Positions 30,224-40,059 of a stretch of 64,000 nucleotides of DNA are shown here, one piece after another; position 1 is the first letter of the stretch, and each line of letters opens with the position of its first letter. Both the position numbers and the translations under genes were made by a program. The notes beneath the pieces are model-generated. The model searched no databases, had not been told where the DNA came from, and was given only the letters and a program-made list of their open reading frames with translations. The stretch covers positions 3,200,001 through 3,264,000 of the forward strand of contig OX638340.1 in NCBI GenBank assembly GCA_951812955.1. Reading direction: 5' to 3'. The stretch comes from an uncultured Gemmatimonadota bacterium. Lineage in GTDB: Bacteria > JAAXHH01.

Positions 30224-30616
30224 CGATTCCCGCGCTGCAACTATGACAAGGGAACGGTCGAAAAGGTTGCGTTTTTTCGACCTGCGCGGTCTCACGATGC
30301 GACGTCGGCGCCGAGACGTACTGCATACACTCCGGCGGGCCTTCTTATTCACATAACCCTTCCGGTTTTCCCCGGAGCGGATGCACTTGTCCTTTCTACC
30401 CGGCCGGCGACGGGCATACGGTGCGGTACGGTGCGGAATATGCTTTTGCCTGACGGAATCACGACTGCATATTACAGGACAGGTGGTACAGGTCCCGCCT
30501 ATCGCGCAGTGACGATCGCGATACGGTATTCCGCACGACCCGTTCCGCCAGGCGCGGCGTCCGCGCGCCCGTAACCCGTGCAGTTCCCCACACTCCGCAG
30601 TACGTGGAGATCCCAC

Positions 30617-32122
30617 ATGTCAGGTGGTCGACTGAACGTACTCTTCATCATGACCGACCAGATGCGGGCGGACTGCATGTCCCGCGTCGGCCACGCCGTG
30701 GTCCGAACGCCCCACCTCGACGGGCTCGCGTCCGACGGCGTCCTCTTCCGCCGGGCCTATGTGCAATCGGCCGTATGCGGTCCCAGCCGCATGTGCTTCT
30801 ACACGGGCCGGTATCCCCACGCCAACCGGTCGCCGTGGAACGAAGTGCCCCTGCCCGCGGACGAGAAGACCATGGGCCACTACTTCGGCGACGCGGGCTA
30901 CCGCGCGGCCCTGTGCGGCAAGACGCACTACACGCCCGATCCGTTAGTCGATCCCTCGGCGCAACCTGAACAGGGGATCCGCCGGACGGCCCTTGCCGGC
31001 CTGGAACCCTGGGAGTTGAACGATGGCCGGGGCGAAGGTTGGCTGGCGCATCTCAGAAGCCGGGGATACGCCGAGGAGGTCGCCGGCGATCCGTTCCGGG
31101 TGGACATGCCCGCGGATGCCGACCGGGACCATTCCGCCTACCCCACGCGGTTCAGGCGGGAAGACAGCGATACCGCGTTCATGACGGACCGGGCCATGGC
31201 CTTCATGGACGGGGCCGGGGATTCGCCCTGGTTTCTGCACCTCTCCTACTTCAAGCCCCACCTGCCCATCGTGGCGCCCTATCCGTACAACGAGCTGTAC
31301 GATCCCGCCGATTCCCCCGCCCCGAACCGGTCGCCGGAGGAACTGGAGCGTCCCCATCCTTTCCACGTCCCCTTCCGTATCGAACGCGGCGGCGTGGCCT
31401 ACGACGACGAGGACGTGTGGCGCCAGCGAAGGGCGACCTACTACGGGCTGATTACGGAGATCGACGACCACCTGGGCAGGCTGTTCCACTTCATGAAGGA
31501 CCGTGGGCTCTGGGAGAACACACTGATCGTCTTTACCTCGGACCACGGCGAATACGTGGGCGACCACTGGATGTTCGAGAAGGAACTCTTCTACGACGAA
31601 GCGTACAACGTGCCCTTCATCGTCCGCGACCCCCGTTCCTGCGCCGACGGTACGCGCGGGAGGATGATGGACGAATTCGTCGAATCCCTCGACGTCCTGC
31701 CGACCTGCCTGGACGCGTGCGGTCTGGAGACGCCGCCCGTCCTGCAGGGCCGTTCGCTCGTTCCCCTCCTGCGAGGCGAACATGGGTCCGGCTGGCGCAA
31801 AGAAGTCTTCGCCGACTGGGACTTCCGGTTCTACTGGACGCCGAAGAAACTCGGCATCCCGTCGGAGAAATGCCGGGGATGGATGGTGCGGGACGACCGG
31901 TTCAAGTACTGGCATTTCAACGGCATGCCCGACGTGCTATTCGACCTGGCGACGGATCCCGGAGAACTTCGGAATGTCGCCGGCGATCCCCGTTATGCAG
32001 AGACGATCGAGGACCTTCGCGTGAGACTGATGGACTGGCGTATGTCCAACGAGGACGAGAGCCGGGTCAGTTGGACTTACGAACGCCGCCCCGGATTCGG
32101 GCGCAATCCCTTCGTGGCGTGA
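30617..32122 (+). CDS. Sulfatase (formylglycine-dependent)
   Basis: MSGGRLNVLFIMTDQ...SAVCGPSRMCFYTGRYPH (C-x-P-S-R plus TGRYP); FTSDHGEYVGDH. Confidence 0.85.
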   Translation: MSGGRLNVLFIMTDQMRADCMSRVGHAVVRTPHLDGLASDGVLFRRAYVQSAVCGPSRMCFYTGRYPHANRSPWNEVPLPADEKTMGHYFGDAGYRAALCGKTHYTPDPLVDPSAQPEQGIRRTALAGLEPWELNDGRGEGWLAHLRSRGYAEEVAGDPFRVDMPADADRDHSAYPTRFRREDSDTAFMTDRAMAFMDGAGDSPWFLHLSYFKPHLPIVAPYPYNELYDPADSPAPNRSPEELERPHPFHVPFRIERGGVAYDDEDVWRQRRATYYGLITEIDDHLGRLFHFMKDRGLWENTLIVFTSDHGEYVGDHWMFEKELFYDEAYNVPFIVRDPRSCADGTRGRMMDEFVESLDVLPTCLDACGLETPPVLQGRSLVPLLRGEHGSGWRKEVFADWDFRFYWTPKKLGIPSEKCRGWMVRDDRFKYWHFNGMPDVLFDLATDPGELRNVAGDPRYAETIEDLRVRLMDWRMSNEDESRVSWTYERRPGFGRNPFVA

Positions 32123-32153
32123 CCGATCTTCCCCACGAAGTACCGGAGCCGAG

Positions 32154-33002
32154 ATGAGCCGGCTGTTCTTCCTGGCAAGGAGATTCGTCGCGGGGGAATC
32201 CCTCGAGGCCGCTGTAGACGTCGTCCGGTCGTTGAACGACGCGGGACTCGACGTGACGTTGAACATGCTCGGCGAAGGCACCCTGGAAAGGGAAAAGGCG
32301 GAAGACGCAGTCAGGCAGTATCTCGTGATGCTGGATCTGATCCGGGAGGGTGCGCTCCAGGCCAATATCTCCGTCAAACTCACCCATCTGGGACTGGACA
32401 TCGACGAAGCGTACTGCACGGATAACCTGAGCCGCATCCTGGAGGCCGCGAAGGAGCGGGACATCTTCATCCGGCTGGATATGGAAGGTTCGCCCCATAC
32501 GCAGCGGACCCTCGACATCTTCTACACCCTGTACGACCGCTACAGGAATGCCGGCGTGGTGATCCAGGCCATGCTGCTGCGCAGTCCCCACGACATCTTC
32601 GTGCTCAACAAAATCGGCGCCCGCGTGAGGCTGTGCAAGGGATCCTACCGTGAATCCTCCGAACTGGCCCTGCAGCGCATGCCCAACATCCGCGGCGCCT
32701 TTCTGTCCATTGCGGAACAACTGCTCAAGGACGGCCGTTTCCCCGCCTTCGCGACCCATGACGACTATCTGATCGAAGGCGTGACCCGGAACGCCGAGCG
32801 GCTGGAGGTCCCTCGGGACCAGTTCGAGTTTCAGATGCTGTACGGCCTGCGTCCCGGATTCCAGAAGGAGATGCGCGCAAGGGGCTTTCGCATGCGGATC
32901 TACGTGCCCTTCGGAACGGAGTGGATGCCCTACTTCTATCGTAGGCTCAGGGAACGCAAGGAGAACGTGTGGTTCGTCCTCCGGAACCTGGTCAGACGCT
33001 GA
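32154..33002 (+). CDS. Proline dehydrogenase family protein (PRODH domain)
   Basis: 282 aa. The C-terminal pattern FEFQMLYGLRP...RIYVPFGTEWMPYFYRRLRERKENVWFVL matches the PRODH family signature region. Confidence 0.7.
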   Translation: MSRLFFLARRFVAGESLEAAVDVVRSLNDAGLDVTLNMLGEGTLEREKAEDAVRQYLVMLDLIREGALQANISVKLTHLGLDIDEAYCTDNLSRILEAAKERDIFIRLDMEGSPHTQRTLDIFYTLYDRYRNAGVVIQAMLLRSPHDIFVLNKIGARVRLCKGSYRESSELALQRMPNIRGAFLSIAEQLLKDGRFPAFATHDDYLIEGVTRNAERLEVPRDQFEFQMLYGLRPGFQKEMRARGFRMRIYVPFGTEWMPYFYRRLRERKENVWFVLRNLVRR

Positions 33003-33172
33003 GCTCGACGCCAGCCTGTATACGCCCGGACTCCTAATCTTTAATATGTAACATACATCTCCCTTGTGAAGTCGTAAGTAATAACCGTGATGACCGCATA
33101 CGCAATGTTCCACGGTAATCAACGCGCGGTAATCAACGAAAAAAATCGGTTTGCCTGCATGGGAGGTGTCGA

Positions 33173-34042
33173 ATGTTTACGCTCGCGTATAGGGTTTTTA
33201 CCATTGCCACGGTTCTCACGTTGCTGCCCGGCGGCTTGACGGGTTCTACCGGAGATGCGTTCGCAGAGGTCAGACATTATTCCAAATCGGTCGCATTCGA
33301 GCCGGGCGGCCACCTAGATGTCAAGACTCGACAGGGCAGTATTGACCTTACGACATGGGACCGTAACGAGGTGGAAATCGTTGCCCGAATCGAGTCACCT
33401 TTCGACATCGACGCCGACTACGCGAGAAAGATCGTATCGGCGCTGCAAATCGAAGTGGAGAGATCCGGGGGATCGTTGCGGATCCGGTCCGACTACGACG
33501 ATATTCCTGTTTACAAACGATGGTTTTTCAGTATGCGGCAACACCCCCTCGTCCATTACGAAATCCGAATGCCGAGGCGTACCCATCTTACATTGGAGGT
33601 CCGTCATACGGATACGACGATCCAGGGTGTGGAAGGCGCGATTCGTGTCAATGCGCATTACAGCACAGTAACGGGTGTGGGCTGGACGGGTCTCGTGCGC
33701 CTCGACATGGATCATGGTAAGCTCAGGCTGGAAAAACTTGAAGGCTCTGTCGAACTGGATGCGAAACATGCGGACGTGCGCATGGAAGCGATCCGGCTCA
33801 ACGGTGATACGCGAATACACGCGCATCGCGGTGAAACGGAATTGTACCTGCCGCGCCATCAGGGGCTCGATCTCTACTCCGATATCAGCCACGAAAGCGA
33901 ACTAGACTCCGATTTCAAGATTTCGTCAGGGGATTTCGAGCGCGGCGAAGGAATCATATCCGGCACGATAAACGGGGGCGGCTCTTTGCTCGAACTCCGC
34001 GGCGACCACACAAGATTCCGGTTGAGAACAAGCGGGTTGTAA
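33173..34042 (+). CDS. Secreted DUF4097-like beta-strand repeat protein (putative adhesin fold)
   Basis: Signal peptide MFTLAYRVFTIATVLTLLPGGLTGS. Repeated strand-turn units (GSIDLTTWD, GSLRIRSD, GAIRVNAH, GSVELDAKHADVRMEA, GDTRIHAHRGETEL). Confidence 0.45.
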   Translation: MFTLAYRVFTIATVLTLLPGGLTGSTGDAFAEVRHYSKSVAFEPGGHLDVKTRQGSIDLTTWDRNEVEIVARIESPFDIDADYARKIVSALQIEVERSGGSLRIRSDYDDIPVYKRWFFSMRQHPLVHYEIRMPRRTHLTLEVRHTDTTIQGVEGAIRVNAHYSTVTGVGWTGLVRLDMDHGKLRLEKLEGSVELDAKHADVRMEAIRLNGDTRIHAHRGETELYLPRHQGLDLYSDISHESELDSDFKISSGDFERGEGIISGTINGGGSLLELRGDHTRFRLRTSGL

Positions 34043-34358
34043 TCCCGTTACACGCTTATCCCGATACAACCTGGCTCGTGCGGTCTACCCGACTCGCCCT
34101 GAAGTTCATCCATACCCATACTCGCCGGATCAGTACCGCGAACCTTACCGAATCGGCCGCACGCCACTACGGTACCCCGACCAAGCGTATTGTACGTGCC
34201 CGCCGTCATGCGGCGTACCGCAATCTCTGCGCCTCTTTCCGCCGTATAATCATTGACAACGTCAAGCCTGTGACATCATAATCTGGAAACCATTCGCGGC
34301 AGCATCATATTTCGTGGGTTCAGGACTACTGAAATACCCCGGGAGGGGAGGTTCGTTC

Positions 34359-34553
34359 GTGACGGACTTGACTTTTCCGTTGTGCCAGAAATGTAATGTG
34401 GGCGTGTTGATTCCGCTCTCCGACTACGGCCGTGACGGCGCGACGATCGAGTACAAGGCCTGGGCATGCACTAATCCCGATTGCGGATTCAACATCCGCA
34501 TCGACAACGGCGATATCAGTTACGGAAGACCCATGGCGCAGTCTCACAAGTGA
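34359..34553 (+). CDS. Small four-Cys zinc-ribbon protein (64 aa)
   Basis: GTG start preceded by GGGAGGGGAGG. CQKC...(27 aa)...CTNPDC. Immediately upstream of tsaD. An alternative GTG lies at 34314. Confidence 0.35.
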   Translation: MTDLTFPLCQKCNVGVLIPLSDYGRDGATIEYKAWACTNPDCGFNIRIDNGDISYGRPMAQSHK

Positions 34554-34568
34554 GCCGAATGAGGCGCG

Positions 34569-35678
34569 ATGCTCATCCTCGGAATCGATACTTCCTGTGA
34601 CGAAACCGCGGCCGCCGTCGTGCGCGATGAAACGACCGTCCTTTCCAACGTAATCTCATCGCAGGGCATACATAATGAATACGGGGGCGTCGTTCCGGAA
34701 CTGGCCTCCCGGGCCCACCTGTCCCTTCTCCTGCCTGCAATCGAATCGGCCCTGCATCAGGCTTCCTGCGAACCGGACGGCCTGGATGCCGTCGCCGTGA
34801 CCTATGGGCCGGGCCTCGCGGGCTGCCTTTTGATCGGGCTTACCACGGTCAAGTCCATCGCGCTGGCCATGGACAAGCCCCTGGTCGGCGTGAATCATAT
34901 CGAAGGCCACGTGTTCGCGGGGCGCCTGGCGGACGGGGAACTCGACCCTCCGTTCATCGCGCTAGTCGTATCCGGCGGACACACGCAACTGGTGCACGTC
35001 GAGCGGTGGGGCACGTACCATATCCTGGGCAATACCCGCGATGACGCGGCCGGCGAGGCCTTCGACAAGGTAGCCAGGCTGATGCGGGTAGGGTACCCTG
35101 GCGGTCCCGTCATCGATCGGCTGTCCCGCGACGGCGATCCCGGTTTCCTGGACTTTCCCCGGACCTACCTGGATCCGGAGGGATTCGAGTTCAGTTTCAG
35201 CGGCCTCAAGAACGCCATGCGCATGTATCTTTCCAAACGGTCGGAAGCGGAGATCGACCGCGACCTGGCCCATATCGCCGCGGCATTCCAGGAAGCCGTC
35301 GTAGACGTGCTGGTCGACAAGTCCATGGCCGCCGCCGCGTCCGTCGGGGTGGACGCTGTACTGATCACGGGCGGCGTGGCGTGCAACGGCCGTCTGCGCG
35401 AGCGGATGACCGAAAGGGGCGCCGAACTGGGGTTCAAGGTGGTCTATCCCCCACCCATTCTCTGCACGGACAACGGGGCCATGATCGCGGCGGCCGGGGC
35501 CTACCGGTTCCGCCAGGGGCAACGGGACGGGCTTTCGCTTTCCGTCCAGCCTCGCGCGCGCCTGTCCGCTTACAACGGAGTCGGGCTGAACGGGCAGGCC
35601 GGGCAGGCCGGGCAGGCCGGGCAGTCCGCGAGAGTCCGGTCCGGCGGTCAGTCCTCAAACCGAAGCAGTGGACCATGA
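34569..35678 (+). CDS. tsaD: tRNA N6-adenosine threonylcarbamoyltransferase TsaD (Kae1/Gcp)
   Basis: MLILGIDTSCDETAAAVV...GGVVPELASRAH... The C-terminus carries a GQAGQAGQAGQ tail (9-bp DNA repeat x3); the stop overlaps the next start (ATGA). Confidence 0.9.
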   Translation: MLILGIDTSCDETAAAVVRDETTVLSNVISSQGIHNEYGGVVPELASRAHLSLLLPAIESALHQASCEPDGLDAVAVTYGPGLAGCLLIGLTTVKSIALAMDKPLVGVNHIEGHVFAGRLADGELDPPFIALVVSGGHTQLVHVERWGTYHILGNTRDDAAGEAFDKVARLMRVGYPGGPVIDRLSRDGDPGFLDFPRTYLDPEGFEFSFSGLKNAMRMYLSKRSEAEIDRDLAHIAAAFQEAVVDVLVDKSMAAAASVGVDAVLITGGVACNGRLRERMTERGAELGFKVVYPPPILCTDNGAMIAAAGAYRFRQGQRDGLSLSVQPRARLSAYNGVGLNGQAGQAGQAGQSARVRSGGQSSNRSSGP

Positions 35679-36988
35679 ACCTCATTGCGTCCTATTTCAG
35701 GTTCGAAGAGCGCAATACGAACTGGCGGGCCGAAGTCACCGGCGGCCTGACCACCTTCATGACGATGGCCTACATCGTCGCCGTAAACCCCGGCATCCTG
35801 TCTGAAGCGATGGGCCAGTCGTTGTTCGGGGAACTATTGTTCGCCACGTGCGTGTCCGCCGCGTTCGGCACGTTGCTGATGGCGCTGCTTGCGAACTATC
35901 CCTTTGCCCTGGCGCCCGGCATGGGACTCAACGCATTCTTCACCTACACCATCGTGTTGGGCATGGGCGTGGACTGGCGTATCGCCCTCGCCGTGGTACT
36001 CGCATCGGGTATTCTGTTTCTTCTGCTCACGTTTCTCCGGGTGCGGGAAGCGATAATCACAGCGGTTCCGGAACCGCTGAAGCGTGCGACCGCGGCCGGC
36101 ATCGGACTGTTCATCGCGTTCATCGGGCTCAAGAACGCCGGCGTCATCGTGGACGATCCGGCCACGCTGGTCAGCCTGGGCGACGTAAGGTCCTGGCCGG
36201 TTGGTCTGACCCTCGCGGGCATGTTGGCCATGGGCGTAATGCTGGCACGGGGAATGCGTGGTTCGATCCTGCTGGGTGTGGCCGGGGTCGCATTCCTGGC
36301 CATGGTATTCGGCGTGACGCCGTGGCCGGCGGGCGTAGCGAGCATGCCCACCTGGCCGTCGACCCTGTTCGGCGAGGCGGTCGTCAACCTGCCACTTGTC
36401 CTGGACTCGGCGATGCTGCACCTCGTGTTCGCCTTCCTGTTCGTGGACCTGTTCGATACCATGGGGACACTGGTCGGACTCTCGGAACGATCGGGTTTCC
36501 TGGACCGGCAGGGCCGGCTTCCCCGGGCTAACCGCGCGCTGCTCGCAGACTCCGTCGGTACGGTTTTCGGCAGTGTGATGGGCTCAGCGACCGTGACCAC
36601 ATACATAGAGAGCGCCACCGGCATTTCTTCCGGGGCGCGGACTGGATTCGCCAGCCTGGTGGTCGCCTTGCTGTTCCTCGGCACGTTGTTCCTGACCCCA
36701 CTGGTCGAATCGATACCAGTATTCGCCACCGCGCCCGCGCTGATTGTCACGGGTGTATTGATGATGGCTTCGGCGGCGCGGGTGAACTGGAGCGACGCGT
36801 CGGAAGCGGTACCCGTTTTTCTTACGTTGATTTCGATTCCGTTGACGTTTAGTATTGCCGACGGCCTGGCCGTCGGTTTCGTCGCCTATCCGGTCATCAA
36901 AAGACTGAGCGGCAGGGGCGGGGAAGTACATCCGCTCGTCGACGTCCTGGCGCTTGTCTTTATCGCACGATACGTTTTCATGACGTGA
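35675..36988 (+). CDS. NCS2-family nucleobase permease (AzgA-like purine/xanthine-uracil permease)
   Basis: MNLIASYFRFEERNTNWRAEVTGGLTTFMTMAYIVAVNP... is a typical AzgA-like N-terminus; multiple TM helices. The 35381 track start is an out-of-gene upstream extension. Confidence 0.8.
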   Translation: MNLIASYFRFEERNTNWRAEVTGGLTTFMTMAYIVAVNPGILSEAMGQSLFGELLFATCVSAAFGTLLMALLANYPFALAPGMGLNAFFTYTIVLGMGVDWRIALAVVLASGILFLLLTFLRVREAIITAVPEPLKRATAAGIGLFIAFIGLKNAGVIVDDPATLVSLGDVRSWPVGLTLAGMLAMGVMLARGMRGSILLGVAGVAFLAMVFGVTPWPAGVASMPTWPSTLFGEAVVNLPLVLDSAMLHLVFAFLFVDLFDTMGTLVGLSERSGFLDRQGRLPRANRALLADSVGTVFGSVMGSATVTTYIESATGISSGARTGFASLVVALLFLGTLFLTPLVESIPVFATAPALIVTGVLMMASAARVNWSDASEAVPVFLTLISIPLTFSIADGLAVGFVAYPVIKRLSGRGGEVHPLVDVLALVFIARYVFMT

Positions 36989-37055
36989 TGTCTCGTTAAA
37001 GGGCCTGTACCCGTGCCCTCCAATCATCACCTGATTTCGTAGGGAGGTTTTCATT

Positions 37056-39890
37056 ATGCGCACTACGAGCGTGATATTGCTCTTGCTGTTCAGTGTATGG
37101 CCGGCGGCTGCCCAGGAGACCGGCAGCCTGGCCGGCAGGATCGCAGCCGATGACGGAATGGCGTTGTTCGGCGCCAATATCGTGATCGGGGGTGACGCGA
37201 TCGATGAATTGCGCGGAACGACGAGCGACGGCGAGGGGGCCTTTCGCGTCGACGGCCTGCCGCCTGGCGTATATGACGTGACGGCCTCCTTTCTTGGCTA
37301 TGAATCGGTCACCATGGCCGCCGTGGCGGTCCTGGGTGGCGAAACCACGCGGCTTGACATCGGCCTTGTGGCTACGACGCTGATCGGGCAGCAGGTCGTG
37401 GTTTCCGCGTCGCGTAAACAGGAGAAGCTGCTCGACGCGCCGGCTTCCGTATCCGTAGTCGAGCTGGACGAGATCATGAACCGGCCGTCGTTGTCGGTAA
37501 CCGACTATATCAAGGACCTGGGTGGCGTGGACCAGGCCAAGGTCGGCGTTTCCCAGAGCTCCACTGTGATCCGGGGATTCAACCGCACGTTTACCGGGTC
37601 CCTCCTGCAGATGGTGGACAACCGGATCGCGCGGATCGCCTCGCTCCGGCTCAACATGGGCAGTTCCATCCCCATCACTAGCGAGGACATCCAGCGCATC
37701 GAGGTCGTCCGCGGACCGGGTTCCGCCCTTTACGGTCCCAACAGCGCCAACGGGGTCATGCACATCGTGACCCGATCGCCCATCGGTTCGGAAGGCAACT
37801 CGTTGGCCGTGTACGGCGGGGAGCGCAGTCTGCGCAAGGCGACCTTCCGGCACGCCAGCAGTGTCGACGAAAAGATAGGGTTCAAGGTTTCGGGCGAGTA
37901 TTCGAAGGCCCGGGAATGGGAATACAATGACCCCGCGGAGGTCAGTCCCCGGGACTACGACAACGAACGCCTGCTCGGGGAGATACGAATCGACCTTCGT
38001 CCCACGGACGACCTGTCCATCATCGGCTCGGCGGGGTATTCCCGGATCAAAGCCATCCAGATGACCGGGCAGGGCGCGGCGCAGGCCGTCGACTGGTCCA
38101 CCCGGTTCTTCCAGGCGCGAACGCAGTACAAGGGCTGGTTCGCCCAGATCTTTCTCAACATGAACGACGCGGGCGAGACCAAGCTTCTCCGGACCAACCA
38201 GCCGATCGTGGATACCTCGAGATTGACCGTGGTGCAGCTTCAGCATAACTTCGGGCTGGGCGACCGGCAGCAGTTCACCTATGGCGCGGACATGTTGCTG
38301 ACCCGGCCCAACACTGGAAACACGACCCACGGTCAATACGAAGACCGCGACAATCTGGACGAGTATGGCCTTTACATTCAAAGCGAAACGAACCTGAACG
38401 ACCAGGTCAGCCTGATGCTGGCCGGCCGGCTGGACGAGCACAGCAAGAACGAAAACCCGGTGTTCTCACCCCGCGCGGCCCTGGTCTACAAACCTTCGAC
38501 GGAGAGCACGCTTCGGCTTACCTACAACCGGGCGTTCGGCACACCCAGTTCGGTGCATTACTTTCTCGATCTGATAGCGAGTTCCGACCCATACGGCCTG
38601 GGCATGAATTTCGGCGCCCTGGGTCTGGGATCGGACCGCACCATCGATTTGCGCACGCAGGGCGTCAACTCGCAGTTCACGTTTCGTCGGGGCGACAACG
38701 GCCTGCCCATGTACCGTTCGCCCTTCGCTCCCGTGGCGGGGCTGCCCGTGGACACCTATCTCCCCATGAACGATCCGGCCAGCACCAATCTCCTCTGGGG
38801 CGTGGCGCGCGGCGCAGTGCTTGCGCAGCTAACGCCGCAGCTCCAGGCGCTGGCGGTCCCCCTCATCACGCAGTATTTGATTTCGCTTGGGATTCCGGCT
38901 CAGAACGCGGGGCAATTGGCATCCCAGCAGGCGACGCAACTGGCCGCCGCGTTCCCGGGCGTCATCCCGTCCGCGCTTCCTGGGCTCACGAATTCACTGG
39001 GCATACTGGACACAGGTACAGGTACCTTCAATCCGGTCGATCCCGCATCGGTAAGGAACATCGACCCGATAAGACCGTCCATTACCGAGACGTTTGAAGT
39101 GGGATACAAAGGCGTCATCGACAACAAGCTGGTACTGACCGCGGATTTCTACCGGAACAAGATACACGATTTCATCAGCTCGATTCATATCGTGACGCCC
39201 AATGTCTTCCTCGATCCCGGACCGCTGAGCACGGCCCTGGGAGCGGGAATCGCGCAGCATCTGGCCGCGCCCGAGAACGCGCAATTGGCTGGTGCGCTCA
39301 ACGCGCTCGATGACCCGGCCGCGGGCGTAGGCGGCAACGGCAATGGAACGCCGGTGGACGAACTGACCGGTATATTCGTGAGTACTGCGGCCTCGATACC
39401 GTTTGGCACGGCGACCCCGGAAGAGGCTTCGGACCCCAACGCCGTGATGCTGACTTACCGCAACTTCGGAGAAGTTACGTACTACGGCACGGACATCGGG
39501 TTCTCCTATTATCCCAGCGACGTGTGGAACCTGTCGGGCAGTTATTCCTATATCAACACGAACCTGTTCGAGAACGTGGACGGCATCGACGATATACCAT
39601 TGAACGCGCCGCGTCACAAGCTATCCATGGCGATTGGGTTCAAGCCGTCGGGCACGCCGCTCACCCTCGGCGCCCGCGTGCGGTACCGCGGGCAATTCGA
39701 GATGGCCGATGGCGTGTATGTGGGGGACGTCGAGTCTCATTCCGTCGTAGACTTGAACGCCTCCTATGCGTTTTCGAATCTCACCCTGAGCGTAGAGGCC
39801 GGGAATCTGTTCAATAGCGAGTACCAGGCGTTTGTCGGAGCGCCAATGATCGGGCGCATGGTCATGGCGGGTCTTGCGGTGCGTTTCTGA
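37056..39890 (+). CDS. TonB-dependent outer-membrane receptor with N-terminal carboxypeptidase-regulatory-like domain
   Basis: Signal peptide, then AQETGSLAGRI...GVYDVTASFLGYES (CarbopepD_reg-like). Plug region DAPASVSVVE..., VIRGFN, EVVRGPGSALYG. Terminal ...AGLAVRF. Confidence 0.8.
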   Translation: MRTTSVILLLLFSVWPAAAQETGSLAGRIAADDGMALFGANIVIGGDAIDELRGTTSDGEGAFRVDGLPPGVYDVTASFLGYESVTMAAVAVLGGETTRLDIGLVATTLIGQQVVVSASRKQEKLLDAPASVSVVELDEIMNRPSLSVTDYIKDLGGVDQAKVGVSQSSTVIRGFNRTFTGSLLQMVDNRIARIASLRLNMGSSIPITSEDIQRIEVVRGPGSALYGPNSANGVMHIVTRSPIGSEGNSLAVYGGERSLRKATFRHASSVDEKIGFKVSGEYSKAREWEYNDPAEVSPRDYDNERLLGEIRIDLRPTDDLSIIGSAGYSRIKAIQMTGQGAAQAVDWSTRFFQARTQYKGWFAQIFLNMNDAGETKLLRTNQPIVDTSRLTVVQLQHNFGLGDRQQFTYGADMLLTRPNTGNTTHGQYEDRDNLDEYGLYIQSETNLNDQVSLMLAGRLDEHSKNENPVFSPRAALVYKPSTESTLRLTYNRAFGTPSSVHYFLDLIASSDPYGLGMNFGALGLGSDRTIDLRTQGVNSQFTFRRGDNGLPMYRSPFAPVAGLPVDTYLPMNDPASTNLLWGVARGAVLAQLTPQLQALAVPLITQYLISLGIPAQNAGQLASQQATQLAAAFPGVIPSALPGLTNSLGILDTGTGTFNPVDPASVRNIDPIRPSITETFEVGYKGVIDNKLVLTADFYRNKIHDFISSIHIVTPNVFLDPGPLSTALGAGIAQHLAAPENAQLAGALNALDDPAAGVGGNGNGTPVDELTGIFVSTAASIPFGTATPEEASDPNAVMLTYRNFGEVTYYGTDIGFSYYPSDVWNLSGSYSYINTNLFENVDGIDDIPLNAPRHKLSMAIGFKPSGTPLTLGARVRYRGQFEMADGVYVGDVESHSVVDLNASYAFSNLTLSVEAGNLFNSEYQAFVGAPMIGRMVMAGLAVRF

Positions 39891-39970
39891 TACGAAACCG
39901 GCGATAATTCGCTTGACAAATCCGCATATGTTCATATTCTATAAGTAATTATGCAGTGTGAACATCTTAT

Positions 39971-40013
39971 CCGCGCCGACGCGAAATAACAACCGAAACC
40001 GCGTCGGCGCCGG
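39971..40013 (+). promoter_or_regulatory. Perfect 11-bp inverted repeat (gcgccgacgcg / cgcgtcggcgc, 16-nt loop) in the 5' leader of the second TonB-dependent receptor gene; TTGACA-16-TATTCT promoter-like element just upstream (about 39925-39952)
   Basis: Seen directly in the sequence. No T-run follows, so it is not a classical terminator. Confidence 0.4.
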
Positions 40014-40059
40014 ACCCTGGATTCCTAAAGACTCATACATGCAGGAAGGAACCGCTTAG

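Noticed and set aside
35381-35674. Upstream extension of the permease ORF to 35381 (MQRPSARADDRKGRR...)
   Set aside because: This frame overlaps the 3' end of tsaD, and the extension is an Arg/Gly-rich artefact. The permease family begins at MNLIASYF (35675), which also gives the ATGA coupling with tsaD.
36996-38441. 481-aa minus-strand ORF; likewise 40750..41445, 43120..44040, 46712..47830, 60380..61540, 20096..21334, 13701..14456, 31039..32157 and 32067..33122
   Set aside because: All are antisense or alternative-frame ORFs inside genes with clear family signatures (TBDRs, OM fusion, FNR, 2-HADH, M20 peptidase, sulfatases, PRODH). Their translations are R/P/G/A-rich without motifs.
39891-40059. 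Possible cobalamin or other riboswitch upstream of the second TonB-dependent receptor
   Set aside because: The region is too short (170 nt) and lacks the conserved B12-box. Only a simple perfect hairpin is present, and it is reported as a regulatory inverted repeat instead.
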